A DNA stretch of 64,000 nt, taken from Paraspadella gotoi (Eukaryota > Animalia > Chaetognatha). The translations under genes and the position numbers were made by a program. The notes beneath the pieces are model-generated. The model was not told where the DNA came from, ran no database searches, and saw nothing but the letters and a program-made list of their open reading frames with translations. Below, piece by piece: positions 23,462 to 34,865 of the stretch. Within the stretch, counting starts at the first letter, position 1. Each line of letters begins with the position of its first letter. The DNA is taken from assembly GCA_051294375.1 (NCBI GenBank), contig CM119271.1, forward strand, positions 6,883,632-6,947,631, written 5' to 3'.

Positions 23462-24803
23462 TTATGTGTTGGCCAGGACAATAGGCGCTTGGGATGCAAT
23501 GGATTCTTTCCCAAATTTCGAGCCAGCCCTGGTTAGAAACGCATTAACTTGTTGACGGACAACGTCGTCGAAAAATGCGTTTGCCATGTGAGAATGGATT
23601 GCGCTACGAAATTCAAATGCAACCTGGGTGGGGGAGGAGAAAAAAAGGGGAAAAAAGGCCTAATTTCTCTTTCCTCAAGTTATTTACTCAATTATCAAAC
23701 AAAAACCGCAATTTTATAAAAATTCATATCTCTTAAAGTTATTAAGGTAAAATATTGATTTTGGAATCAATAGATGATTAAGAATAGTGTGGAATTCTCA
23801 CCTGTAACCGTAAATCTGTTTTGGGAATTTTATGTTCTATTTTTGTTGTTTTTCAATTTACAAATAAATTTAAAATATTTTTTTTACTTTATTTTTCCCT
23901 GGTTAAAAGATTCAGATAATGAAAAAAAAAAAAAAAATTTTCAATATTTTCCTGAATAATAAATTTAAAAAATTTAAATAAATTTAAAAAATGAACTAAC
24001 TGTTTTGTGGTATAATATTGTTATATATATTATGAATACTACCCTAATTATAATACTATAGGTTTTCTTTGCCGTTTATCAACGGTTTGCTTTCGATTTC
24101 TATCGTCTTGACTCACCGCAAAGTCCAAAGTACATGTTCTTGGATTGGACGGGAGCCCAGGGCTGAATCTCCAACTACTGACTAGATGGTTAAACAGTTT
24201 TCCGTCCGTGCAAATCGCTTTGACTAGATGGGGACGCGCCAGCATCACTGTCGAAACATAGCATTCCGACATGGGCGGGAACCCAACTTCAAGTTTCGCC
24301 TTGATCTGATTGGGTTTTTTACCAATAACTTCGGAACGCGTACACCAAGGAACGAACTCCTTGTAGCACGCAACGTCCGACACAACGTCAAACATTTCGT
24401 CCATGGTGTAACCTAAGAGACGCCTTTCAGAGTATTCTTTTTTTTTGGAGGCGCTCCCTAGCTGAAAAAAGTGGCGGCTTTGGCCAGCCGATGCGAGCGG
24501 CGAAAATATCGGATGTGGCGTCGAGCAAGGGACGCCAAACCCTCCGCCGATGCCGTATAAGTCGTTCATCACGAACGCGTAAGAGTGAGGAACTGAACGT
24601 CCAAGCTCGCCGCCGCCATCGAGGAATCGTCGCGTTGGAAGCGCCGGGCGCGCGACTGAAACCTCCGAGTCATGGACACTGATTTTCGAAGAACTGCGAA
24701 GTTCGATGAGGCTGGAAAGCACACGTTTCGACTCGTTCAAGACGCATAAATTGAGGGTCAAAATCTTGCGTGCTCGGTGCAGTGAGTTATAAATTAAAAC
24801 CAT
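23462..24803 (-). CDS. COQ10: Coenzyme Q-binding protein COQ10 (START domain), 2 exons
   Basis: [51 protein letters not shown]|[32 protein letters not shown] at 24803 follows ttttacag; stop at 23462. Confidence 0.93.
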
Positions 24804-25115
24804 TCTGTAAAACGAAAAAACGGGTAAGATTTTAGGCAAAAACGGTCGAAAAGTTTTCAATATCCCGGGAGATCATGCTGGATCAAATATGAAGACATGA
24901 GAATGAGATTCGATAACATTTTTAACAATGCAACAAGAGAATCTCTAGAGGTAAATCGCGAGCAACTTCTCGTCTTAGTACAATCTCTGAGTAATCGAAA
25001 TAATTATTATAAACGAAAAAGTTTAAATACTAATAACGGTGTAAATCAGAAATCGAATGAAAATCCCCAAAGTCAAGCCTCTCCAAGGGCAAAACGTAGA
25101 ATATTTATGGAACAT

Positions 25116-27944
25116 CTAAACCTTTTTTCTGTCCGTCATCACCCGTATAATGCTTCCTAAACCCCCTTTAGTCACCGCCTTCTCATGCCACAACAGAAGA
25201 ACGGAGCAGTTTACATTCTCACAAGTGGGCATTTCGAAACCTCGATACAGGTATTTCATTAAAACGTCTATAGATTCTTTGTCAAGATTGTTGATGGCGT
25301 ACTCAATGTTCTCGGCCCCTTTGAAGAATGTCAACACTTCCATGACGCAACTATGACAAAAAAATTAATACACATTACGCAAAATTAAACAATAAAAAAT
25401 ATTTTTTCTTCTGATATTTTACAATACTTGAATTAGGGGTAGCCGCACTCAATGGGGTGAGTAAAAAATTTAGAGAGAGTACATGTTCAAATGAAAATTT
25501 ATACATTTTTAAGTATACTTTCAACGGACAAAACATTTCTAATATGGCTCTATACCCTCGTAATTAATTTTTTAATATTTATTTATAGATAGGAATGGCT
25601 AAAAATCTTTTTTTAATTTTTTAAATTTTAAGACCAGATTCGGATAGCTCAGAAAAAGTTGTCTGCACAAAGTATAATTCTTTTTTAAATATTTTTATAA
25701 TAAGTCAAAAATAAGAAAAAATATAAAAAATCATCATCTTTCAATAATTTTATCGGTTTTATTGAGAAAACGTAGTAATTTTTAAAAGCTATAATTATAT
25801 TTCTTGTTTAACTTTTTATTCTCTATCAGAATCCATCAAAAAATTTGAACATTTCAATTTTTTTTTTTAAATATAATTTTAATTAGGCTAGTACCCTCAG
25901 AAAAAAGCATTTTTGACAAAAAATATTTTAATACTATACTCTATGCTCATTAAGGCGTAATAAAATCTCTAAATTTAACTTTATTTGAAATTTTTCGATT
26001 TTATAAGGATAGTACTATATATAAATATAGCCTACTGCAAAAAATAAAAAACATAAAATTAATTTTTTTTACAAATTAATGTTAACTGATGGTATGTTGT
26101 TCATAATTGACTTTTAGAATTTTCGTATGTAACTTTCACTACGCCTTAATGCTCATGATAGATTATTTTAACGCTATATACATTAACATATAAATTTCAT
26201 CGGCTATGGCTACTTGAAGTAGATTAAAAATATAAAAAAATTACACTGGATATCTGGAAGGATAGCTGTATAACTTGATTGCCCCAGATCCTTAAATAAT
26301 AATATTAAAGTTATTAAAACTGATGAAAGACAGGTCTATGATTTTGAAGCTTTTATACGGATTTCAAATGGGAATTAAATGAAATGATCAAATACTACCA
26401 ATAGTCCAGCTTGCTGATTTTCTTAGTTATGTGCTTTATAACATGATAAAATTTTAAAAAAACAAATTTTAAAAATTTGAATAAAACCTTTTTGTTATAA
26501 GATATATTTTTAAGCTTTTTCACAACCACAATGACAGCCTTTTTCATTTTATAGTTTTTTGATTTAAAAAAAATCCGTGTAAATAAAAATCAATTTTCTT
26601 GTTTGGTTTTGGAACACTCGCATTTAAAAAATCATATCTCCTAAACTACTTGACCGATTGTAATAAAATTTAATTACAATGATTTTTTTTAAACAAATTT
26701 TATTTTTTTATATAATTTTTACATTGTGATTAAACTTTCTTTCATTGTGTTTTGAGATATTTGAAATTAAAGACGAAGTCTTGATACATCAACGATTTTA
26801 TTTTTATTGTTCAAACAAGTTTCGGCTTTCATTCAAACCTTCATCAGTGCTTTGATGCAGGCTTGAATGAAAACCGAAACTTGTCTGAACAATAAAAATA
26901 AAATCGTTGTATCAAGACTTCGTCTTTAATTTCAAATAATTTTTACAAAATGCTTTTATAGAGTGTCTGGAATTTAAAGTTATAAAATGGCGCGTTTTTT
27001 TTGCACAGGACTGTACATTAGAGTGGAGCACTCAAGAATAAAAAAATTATTTGAATGATCGAACAAGGATATTTAGATGTGAGATAGTATGATTAACTAG
27101 TACAAAAAATATTTTGTTCAAATTGTCTCGGGAACAGAATAGTAAAATATAATATAATCCTAATAATATCCTTATAAAATAATAAATTTTAAAAATAATT
27201 TTTTTAAACTTTTAGTAAAGATTCACATTCTTTTTTTTTTTAAAAATAAAAAAAAATTATTTTAAAATTTAACAATTTTATAAGGATATTACTATTATAC
27301 TAAAAATTTTTTTTTAAAATTTAAAATTTATTAATTAAGGGAGTGGTCTTTTCATACAATTGAAACATTCTTTGAAATATTTTCCACTTCATTGATAGGG
27401 AAGCCAGGTACTCTGGGAGTGAATAAACGGGACTGTGAGAGAGTCTTGATTGAAAGCTTGCAGGGACCTGCTATGTAATTATCTTGTAAGAGTGATGGAG
27501 GCCTTAAACCACCAAAGCCTGTCCAAAGTCAGGGGCAAGATAGCTTATTTATTAAATGAATGGATAATTTTTATATTGGTTGTACCAATTTCATATCCAT
27601 AGGCAGCAAAAAAAAAATGTTGAATCACTCAATATTTTCATCACTCCACCCTACTGTACATTTCGAAGGACTTGCCTAAAAGCCAAATCTTTGACAAGAG
27701 AATCTTTGCATCGGACAGGTGGATCTTTGAGGACGAGCTGCAAGGCTTCTAACGCTTGTCCCTTGGCCAATAGCAAATGGATATAATCCCTGAGGGATTC
27801 TGTCTTCACGAAGGCATCGTCGTCGAGAGAAGCGGCGGAGGAAATTTCAGTGGGTCCATCACCAACGTCTTCTAAGAAATTGTCGTCCGTGAACTGGTCG
27901 ACGTCGATACGACGAAATTTAGACGAATTAGTATTCTTCGCCAT
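25116..27944 (-). CDS. ARPC5: Arp2/3 complex subunit 5, 2 exons joined by a GC-AG intron
   Basis: MAKNTNSSKFRRIDVDQF...LKDPP and DVLMKYLYRGFE...LLLWHEKA..KGGLGSIIRVMTDRKKV. Intron 25351..27675. Confidence 0.95.
26758..26938. repeat. ~180-bp near-perfect palindrome whose arms carry minimal hammerhead-ribozyme-like motifs (Penelope-type terminus)
   Basis: Minus arm: CTGATGA-aggtttgaatgaaagcc-GAAAC-ttGTT...AATAAA. Plus arm: tTGATGcA-ggcttgaatgaaaacc-GAAAC-ttGTC...AATAAA. Confidence 0.7.
27412..27596 (+). repeat. Dispersed repeat family X, copy in the ARPC5 intron
   Basis: Near-identical to 48383..48556 (tctggga.tgaataaacg.gactgt.agagagtcttgattgaaagcttgcagggacctgctatgt...). Confidence 0.8.
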
Positions 27945-28022
27945 AGTTTGTTTATTTTTAATTAAACATGGCCTAAAAAAAAGGAACTGAAGCTCGACTA
28001 TACAGAAGAAAGAAAATACTCG

Positions 28023-28423
28023 TCAGCTGGGTTCGTCGGGGTTTGACATTTGACTCTGATATCTTTCGACGCTCGTCCACGGATCCTGAAGCATCGCGGG
28101 ATGAAAGTATTCTAGAATATAGTTTTGTCCGACAAAAGACCCGTTGCCTCTGCCGCGAAAATTTCCTCGGCCACGAAAACCGCGAAATCCGCCGGAACGG
28201 GGAGTATGAGGAGTACCCGTGTTTCCGAATCGCGGCGTGCTTTGCCAATTGTTAAAACTGACATAAAAATAACCAAATGTCAACCGACTGCGGACTCGTA
28301 AATTTTTGAAAAGTACCTGTTGGGTGAAGCACCATTGTTGCAGCTTCCCCTCCCTTGAAAGTTTTTCGGAGTAGAAAACTGAATAGGATTCGGTGAACGA
28401 GAAAAGTTTGGCGAATTAGACAT
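28023..28423 (-). CDS. MPLKIP: MPLKIP/TTDN1-like protein, 2 exons
   Basis: Low-complexity SP/TP/RG-rich N-terminus followed by EYFHPAMLQDPW (family motif YFxPSMLEDPW). Confidence 0.75.
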
Positions 28424-28889
28424 CACTTTTATCCGTCGTTATCAATAATTGACAAAACTGGAAATGGGCACGATGAACAAAAATAAAGTGTAATAAGAGA
28501 AACGGAACATGGCATGGTCGTTTGAAGTACAAATAAACAAAATGTAACAAAATATAAAACAAAAAACAAAAAAAAACCAAAAAAAAAAAAAAACCGCGCT
28601 TCTTAGCGCAAGACTACAAACAAGAATAATAAAAATAACCATTATAATGAGGTGAAATAAAAAATGAGATTACAATATAGGTTTCATGGCTTAATAATTT
28701 CAAAACTATATACCCCAGAATGCGTAACGTGAAAGTAACACGGGAAAAAAATCCTGAATAAGCCCGTGTTTCAGATAAAAAAAAAAACCTTTAAATAATT
28801 ACCTCTAGAATAAGCACTAAAAAATTTCAAATGAGCCTCAAAATAAGCACAATCGGAAATTGCAAAAGGAAAGTTAATCTCGTAAAACC

Positions 28890-31350
28890 TTAAAGAGTGA
28901 TGTCCGGAGCCGTTGGCCTCTTCTTCCTGTAAAAATCTTTCGCTTTTTCCTGAATTTGTTCGAGATTCGTAACTTCATACACTCCACCAGCAATTTTCTT
29001 AGTGCATTCCCCTTTTGTCTTGTCCAGCAGTTTTACTTCCGGTCGAACATTCAGAATGCTGCATTTGACCAGAACCTGAAAAAGCATTGTCACGAGCGTG
29101 TTAAAAGCTTGTAGTATTTTAAAAGCCAACATCTTAAGCCAAAACGATTTTCGCTCTCACCTGGACGTCGTTTGCACGCGGCCATTTCCAGAACCGTTGA
29201 GTGACCTTGAAGTTACGATCCTCCATGAACTTGATCTTTACCTTATCCCCTTTTTCGATGACATCGAGAGCTTTTCCGATGTACCACCCGTCCTCGAAAA
29301 GGCCAACAACCATGTCGCCCACGTTGGGCGGCCAATACCAGGCGGACTTGTTCGCAGCTCCAGCGTTTTCCTTGGAGCTCTGATTGGTGCCGGTTTTGCA
29401 CCGTCTGTTTTCGGAGATGCAAGAGAGCGTTTTTGACTCGCTTTTTTCTCGATTTGCCCTGGACATCGACAGAGGTTTGTTGCAGCACACAATACGATCG
29501 TCTTCCGCCTCTTTCTGTCGTTTCGTTTCTTTTTTCGGTTCCAAATCGTTTGAGGATTTAGTCTCGTCAGAAGGAACGTTTTCGCGTCTCCGAAGTGTTC
29601 TAATCTTTGTAGTGGCCGCCACGTCGAACTTAGTGGAAAGGTTGCAGCAGCTTTTCTTATCCCCGGCAGCGTAACGTCGCGACTTGGCGGACGAAGAAGA
29701 AGACTCGTCTTCAAAAAAATCCCGGTCCTCGGTTGACGAAGTCTCTTCCAACGAACACGATTCTATCCTCCCCACCAACTCCGTCAATTCGGGATTTATA
29801 GTTTGGCACAAAGACCTTCTCCGCTTTCTATTTTTAAATACGACCTGAGAAAATCGGGGGGACGGAGATTCTAGAGGATCATGAGTAGTCTCAGTCTTGA
29901 CGTGGCCGGCGATCCCTTCAAAACCAAACGGATTTCCTCTAGATACCGATGGACAGGGGCCAGTCACTCCCGTGGGAGAGAAACGAGAGGGACGAAGAAT
30001 TAGACGGCCCGAAGAGTCGCAGCTGTAGGCGAGGAGCATCTTCTGAATGTCCGAAGCAGGCTTCTTGCAATCGGCCGACTGTTCTTTATCGCATATTGGC
30101 GTGACTTCATTCTCGAGTGGAGGCTGGATCGTCTCGGCCGATTCACCCTCTTCCTCGAGAGACACGAACTCGACGAATTTTCTCGGAGTGGCCGGAGTTT
30201 TTGCCGAGTCCCTTTGCTTTCCGGCAATTCGTTTGCTGCGAATTCGCGTCACGCCTAAATCGTCGTCGTCGATCGCAAGTTCTTTTCTCGTCTCTTCGGT
30301 CGCTACTATCGAGATTTTCGAATCTGTGACCGGCGCGTCCGCTTCCTCTTCGGTTCCATCGGCCAGGTAGTCGATGACCTCTTTTAAAAAATCGCCTAAC
30401 CCTTGTGAGCTTCGAAAGTCGACACGTTCGTCGATAGTGGCCAAGTCTAAGCGCTTGCTGTCTAATTCGTCTTCCCCTCGAGTTGGCGACGACAGCGGTG
30501 AAGTGGACTCTGACGACAATCCTCCACGACGCTCCACTTCAGCTAAATCCGCGCTCTTGCGGCGCGATGTGGCGGCGTCGTTTTGACCATCGCTGCGAGC
30601 CCGTACTCGTTCTGGCGACAACAAGGAGAACCGGCGGCAGCGGTGGGATTCCGGAGAAATTTTCTTTGAGATCAAGGTAGCACGGTCGAACGCGGAAAGT
30701 CTTGAGAACTTTGTCCTGCCATTTAACGTCGTGAGCTTTTGTCCTTGGCAGGAAATGGCCTCAACGACGTCCTTGTCGAAAGAATCGAGTGGGAATGCGT
30801 TTAAGTCCAACTGCTTCAAAACTTCGACGTCCTTTTTCGCGTCGTCGTTTTCGTAGCGCGAGTGGCACGTAAACACGTGCTGTCTTATGTCGGACTCGTT
30901 GAAGCTTTCGTAGAAGCAATGGGGGCAAACGAAGTCGAAGGTGTCGCTCTGGAGCCAGGAAATGCGACGCCGCTTGCCAGAAAAAAAAACTTGGTCTTCG
31001 ACCGCGGCGTCGCCAACGCGGGACAAGAATTTCTTTCGAAGCCGGTTCCCATGAACGATAGATATATGGCGAATATAGACGCTGCGGAAGACGAAACCCT
31101 TGCCGCAACTCTTGCACGGTATGGGAACGTGATGGTCTCTGAGGTGGCGTAGGTAGAAAGGGCGGAATGTGAAGAGTCGATTGCATCTTAAACACAATTG
31201 ACGGGATTTGATACTTCTCAGCGTGGAATTCCTCGTCGAAAGCTCGATAGGCGAGGGTATAAAAGTGCTTTGCGCCATGAGAGGGAATTTATCGCCAGCC
31301 CCTTCATCCGAGGAACAGCCTATCGAACGTCGCTTGCGCCTTTTGTTCAT
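28890..31350 (-). CDS. C2H2 zinc-finger protein with C-terminal Tudor/SH3-like domain, 2 exons
   Basis: Three C2H2 fingers (CLRC..HLRDH, CKSC..HISIVH, CPHC..HVFTCH), a long low-complexity linker, then VGDMVVGLFEDGWYIGKALDV....VKIKFM...FWKWP. Spliced to the 28890..29075 exon. Confidence 0.75.
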
Positions 31351-31593
31351 TTCTTTTTACTATTGTGAAGTATGCATGGCAACAGCTAAAAAGAAATAAA
31401 TTCAGAAATTGTTACCGGTAAAAGTTATTTCATAATTATTCCAAAGATAGGGATTTAAAAAAAAATAAATATCAATTAAAAAGATGAAAATGACTAGTGA
31501 CAAGGCTACAGGCGAATCAAATTATTCCACCGGACAAAAGTAATAATAAACAAAAATATTGAATTATTTTGGAAAGAACGTCAGATACGTGAC

Positions 31594-33060
31594 CTAATCG
31601 TTCATTTCTGAAAACTTTTTAGCGTGAAGAAGACGACTTCTGAGTTTGCTAATGGGTTGATCCACCGATTGAGAAAGATCCTCTCCTGGTTTTGGAAGAT
31701 TGGAGGCAATGGTCGAGCGGCATGACTGAAACTTATGTAACATGTCCTCGTACTCGAAAGTCATTTGTACTTCAATTTCTTTCATCTGTTTCTCTACCAA
31801 AGCACCTATATATATAAAAAAAAATCATAATCTTGCAAACCAGAAAAACTAAAAAAAAAAAAAAACCGAATGCAAAATAATACCCTTACCAATTGGATGG
31901 ATTGAATTTGGATCAGTATTCGTTGGAATAGAGTAATTATTATATGGTTTTCCATTAAAAAACTCCAAAAGGGGCAATATATCCGGAATATTGACATTAT
32001 CCAGATTTGTACAATGCTCAATTTCTATCTCCCTGAGTGCGAGGGTTTTTAAGTGAGAAATTTGCTCTCCATCGATATCACAATGTGATAAATGAAGGAC
32101 GGTTAACGCGGGAAATATTTCAGAAAATTTTGTGAGCGAAGACAACTGGTTGTAAGACAAGTTAAGGACGTCAAGTTGAGTATATGTTGCTCCTAGCTTT
32201 TCCAACGAATCGTTGTTTATTCGGTTAAACGCGAGATCCAGAGAAACTAGGGAGGAACAATCTCGCAGTCCTGTCAGACTCTGGATTTTATTGTGTGAAC
32301 AATTAAGGTATATTATCTTTGCTAAGTTAGAAAGATTTGGCAAGTTCACGATATCGTTGGAACTGACGTTCAACTCCTCGAGACTGGATAACGACGATAA
32401 AGGAGCTATTTCAACCAAGTCGTTGTTGGAGAGGTCCAATATTTTAAGATTTTTAGACAAGTGAGAGACTTCCAATCGATCTATTGAACCAAGCCTGTTG
32501 TTGTCTAAACGTAATGATGTTAAATTGGTCAGATTCTTTAAACCGGATCCGACTCGTACGATTGCATTGAACTGCAGATGCAAGTCCCTCAAATCTTTTA
32601 GGCAGTCAAGATTTTCTATCACAGATATGTTGTTGTCATAGAGTTTCAGTTCACGCAATTGTTGATTTGAATCTAGATTTTCGATAATTTGGATATTATT
32701 CCCACTCAAATCTAAACGCTTCAGACGAGAGAATTTTTTCAAGTCGCATATTTTGTGAAGCTTAGAACCATGTAGGTCGATAACTGTAACCTTAAGACAA
32801 TCTGACTCTTTGCAGGATCGGAGAATATCTTCCGTCGAAACAATCCCAGGTGGTTCATCGGTCCAAGACGAGGCGTCGGCGTTGTTAGCGTCGGAAAAAT
32901 GATTCACCTTCTGCGTTATCAAACCTTCGATTGGTTTCAGTTTGGACGGTCTTGTCGAAGGGAAACTGATCGTGCCAGCAGAAGATCCTTGTAGGTTTGG
33001 GCTGTTACGACGAAAAGATTTATCTGTTTCTCGGGATTTAGAATGTTTGCTTGACGCCAT
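31594..33060 (-). CDS. SDS22-like leucine-rich repeat protein, 2 exons
   Basis: Repeated LxxLxLxxNxIxxIENL units and a coiled-coil-like last exon (31594..31805). Confidence 0.8.
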
Positions 33061-33180
33061 AGAATTGTCAATGTACAAACGAGAAGGGGAGATGAATCTG
33101 CTAAACCTGCCGAAAACAATATAAGAAACAAAAAATAAATAGGAAAAATAAGAGTTGCTTAATAGTTTTTAAAATTTGTA

Positions 33181-33828
33181 TCAGTCTTCTTCCAAGTTGA
33201 TGTTTTCGCCAAATTTCGCATACAATTGAACTTTAAGGGTTTTCAATGTGTCACCGACGGCTTCAATGTCCGATTCCAGGCGCACGATCTCCTCGTTTAC
33301 GAAGGTCTTGGCTTTCTCAAGCATGGCGGAAGTTATATCCATATTTTGAAACACGAAAATCTCGCCGACCTTAGTAATGAGATATTATAGCACCTACCAT
33401 CCTACAGTACAATTATTGCTACTACTACTAGCAGTCTAGCAGCCGTTGTAAGACAGCGAGTTTTATTTAGCCTATAAAACTCCATTAAAGATTTCCCCAG
33501 ACCTGCATAGGTATCATTTCAGCATCTTCATCATCCAACATCATAATCTCCGACTCGGCATCGTCCAGATTTTGAAGATCTTTCTTCTTTGCCTTTAATT
33601 CATCTTTCAGCTCCTAAAAAGATTCGATTTAGCTTTTTAAAGTCTCCAGATCTGTGCCTGTGGCCCTGCAGTGCGTCAATCTTACTGTAATTGACAATTT
33701 ATTTATTAGTAGTGAAAAATTGTCTCACAAACCTGCATCTTGTGATTTTTCTTTGCAAAGGTATTGATTTTAATTTGGTCTTCACGGCATATTTCTACCT
33801 CGGTATTCTTAGAAACGGCTGCAGCCAT
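33181..33828 (-). CDS. PFDN4: Prefoldin subunit 4, 3 exons
   Basis: Manual translation: EDQIKINTFAKKN|ELKDELKAKKKDLQNLDDA..EIMMLDDED...IPMQ|VGEIF...LKVQLYAKFGENINLEED*. Missing from the ORF track. Confidence 0.93.
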
Positions 33829-34116
33829 TATATAATTATTAAAGGCTAAAAATACAAATTTTCATAAATTAATAAACAAATTAATTTTTCAGTTTTTGGA
33901 ATTTAGCGTGTTTGACTCGTCTACAAAACGCAGAAATTCAATCGGCATCTAAAAATCATCAAATAAGTTTGGTTTTCATTCACAGATAAACAGTCTACAT
34001 CATGACGCATAAAAAGGTTTAAATAAAAAGTCAAATCTTCTTTTACTTCACACATTGATGTGGAGTTGAAGCCGAACGTCGAAAATAAGCGAAAGTGCTA
34101 AAAGAATTGTAACAAC

Positions 34117-34413
34117 TTATTTTTTCGAGACTTTAAATCGATATCCATAACGGTAATAACCATAATGCCCACCTATGAGCACTGTCGGTATCCGCCAACG
34201 AGCGTACCATGCTTTCTCGAACAGAAAACACAAAGTTGATGTTGATGGCAAGGACACCTTGCTAATTTCTTTCAACGCCCCAAAGACATATCCGCTATTG
34301 CATAAAATTAAAAACATTTTTACTGAAAATAAAATTTGAAATTTTCAGATATTCACCTACCTAGGTTTTATATGTATCCTGACGGGATAAAAACTTGAGA
34401 GTATAGCCAACAT
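34117..34413 (-). CDS. Possible small 2-exon ORF (~76 aa), unknown function
   Basis: ATG at 34413, strong donor AG|GTAGGT, 66-nt intron 34295..34360 and acceptor ttttatgcaatag keep the frame: MLAILSSFYPVRIHIKPSGYVFGALKEISK...IGGHYGYYRYGYRFKVSKK. No family recognised. Confidence 0.3.
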
Positions 34414-34865
34414 TTTGTTTCCAAAGGCTAGAGCTGTCCCATTAAGTGGTACGATTCAAATGTTGAGTTTAACATTTCCTTAGTTTCATTTCATTGAAGC
34501 CAATTGAAATCATTAGACAAGGTCATCTAAAACAAGTCATAACAACAGCAAAGGCTAGAATGAGATGTTTAGCTCATTTCGAGATCAAGGCTTTATAGGT
34601 TTAAAGCATTGACAATGTAAAGTTTAATAAAATTCTAAGAGTTAACATCCAGCATTATTAATTACGATATTAACATTTATCGATTTACCAATATCATATG
34701 TTTTAACAAATCCCTCAAAGAAGGACAAGTCCAGCTATATGAATTATCAATTACAGTATAGTACGTAATTTCTCGACTTTTTTCAATCTGTGGTAAGGCC
34801 CGGAGAACGCACTGAACATCATCAAATAATTTAAATTCAGTTCCCAGATGTCGACGAGTTTCACA

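Noticed and set aside
27435-27465. Hammerhead-like string in repeat family X (ctgtgagagagtcttgattgaaagcttgcag)
   Set aside because: GAAAGCTT and short stems are suggestive, but neither copy has an intact CTGANGA core and the cleavage triplet would end in G.
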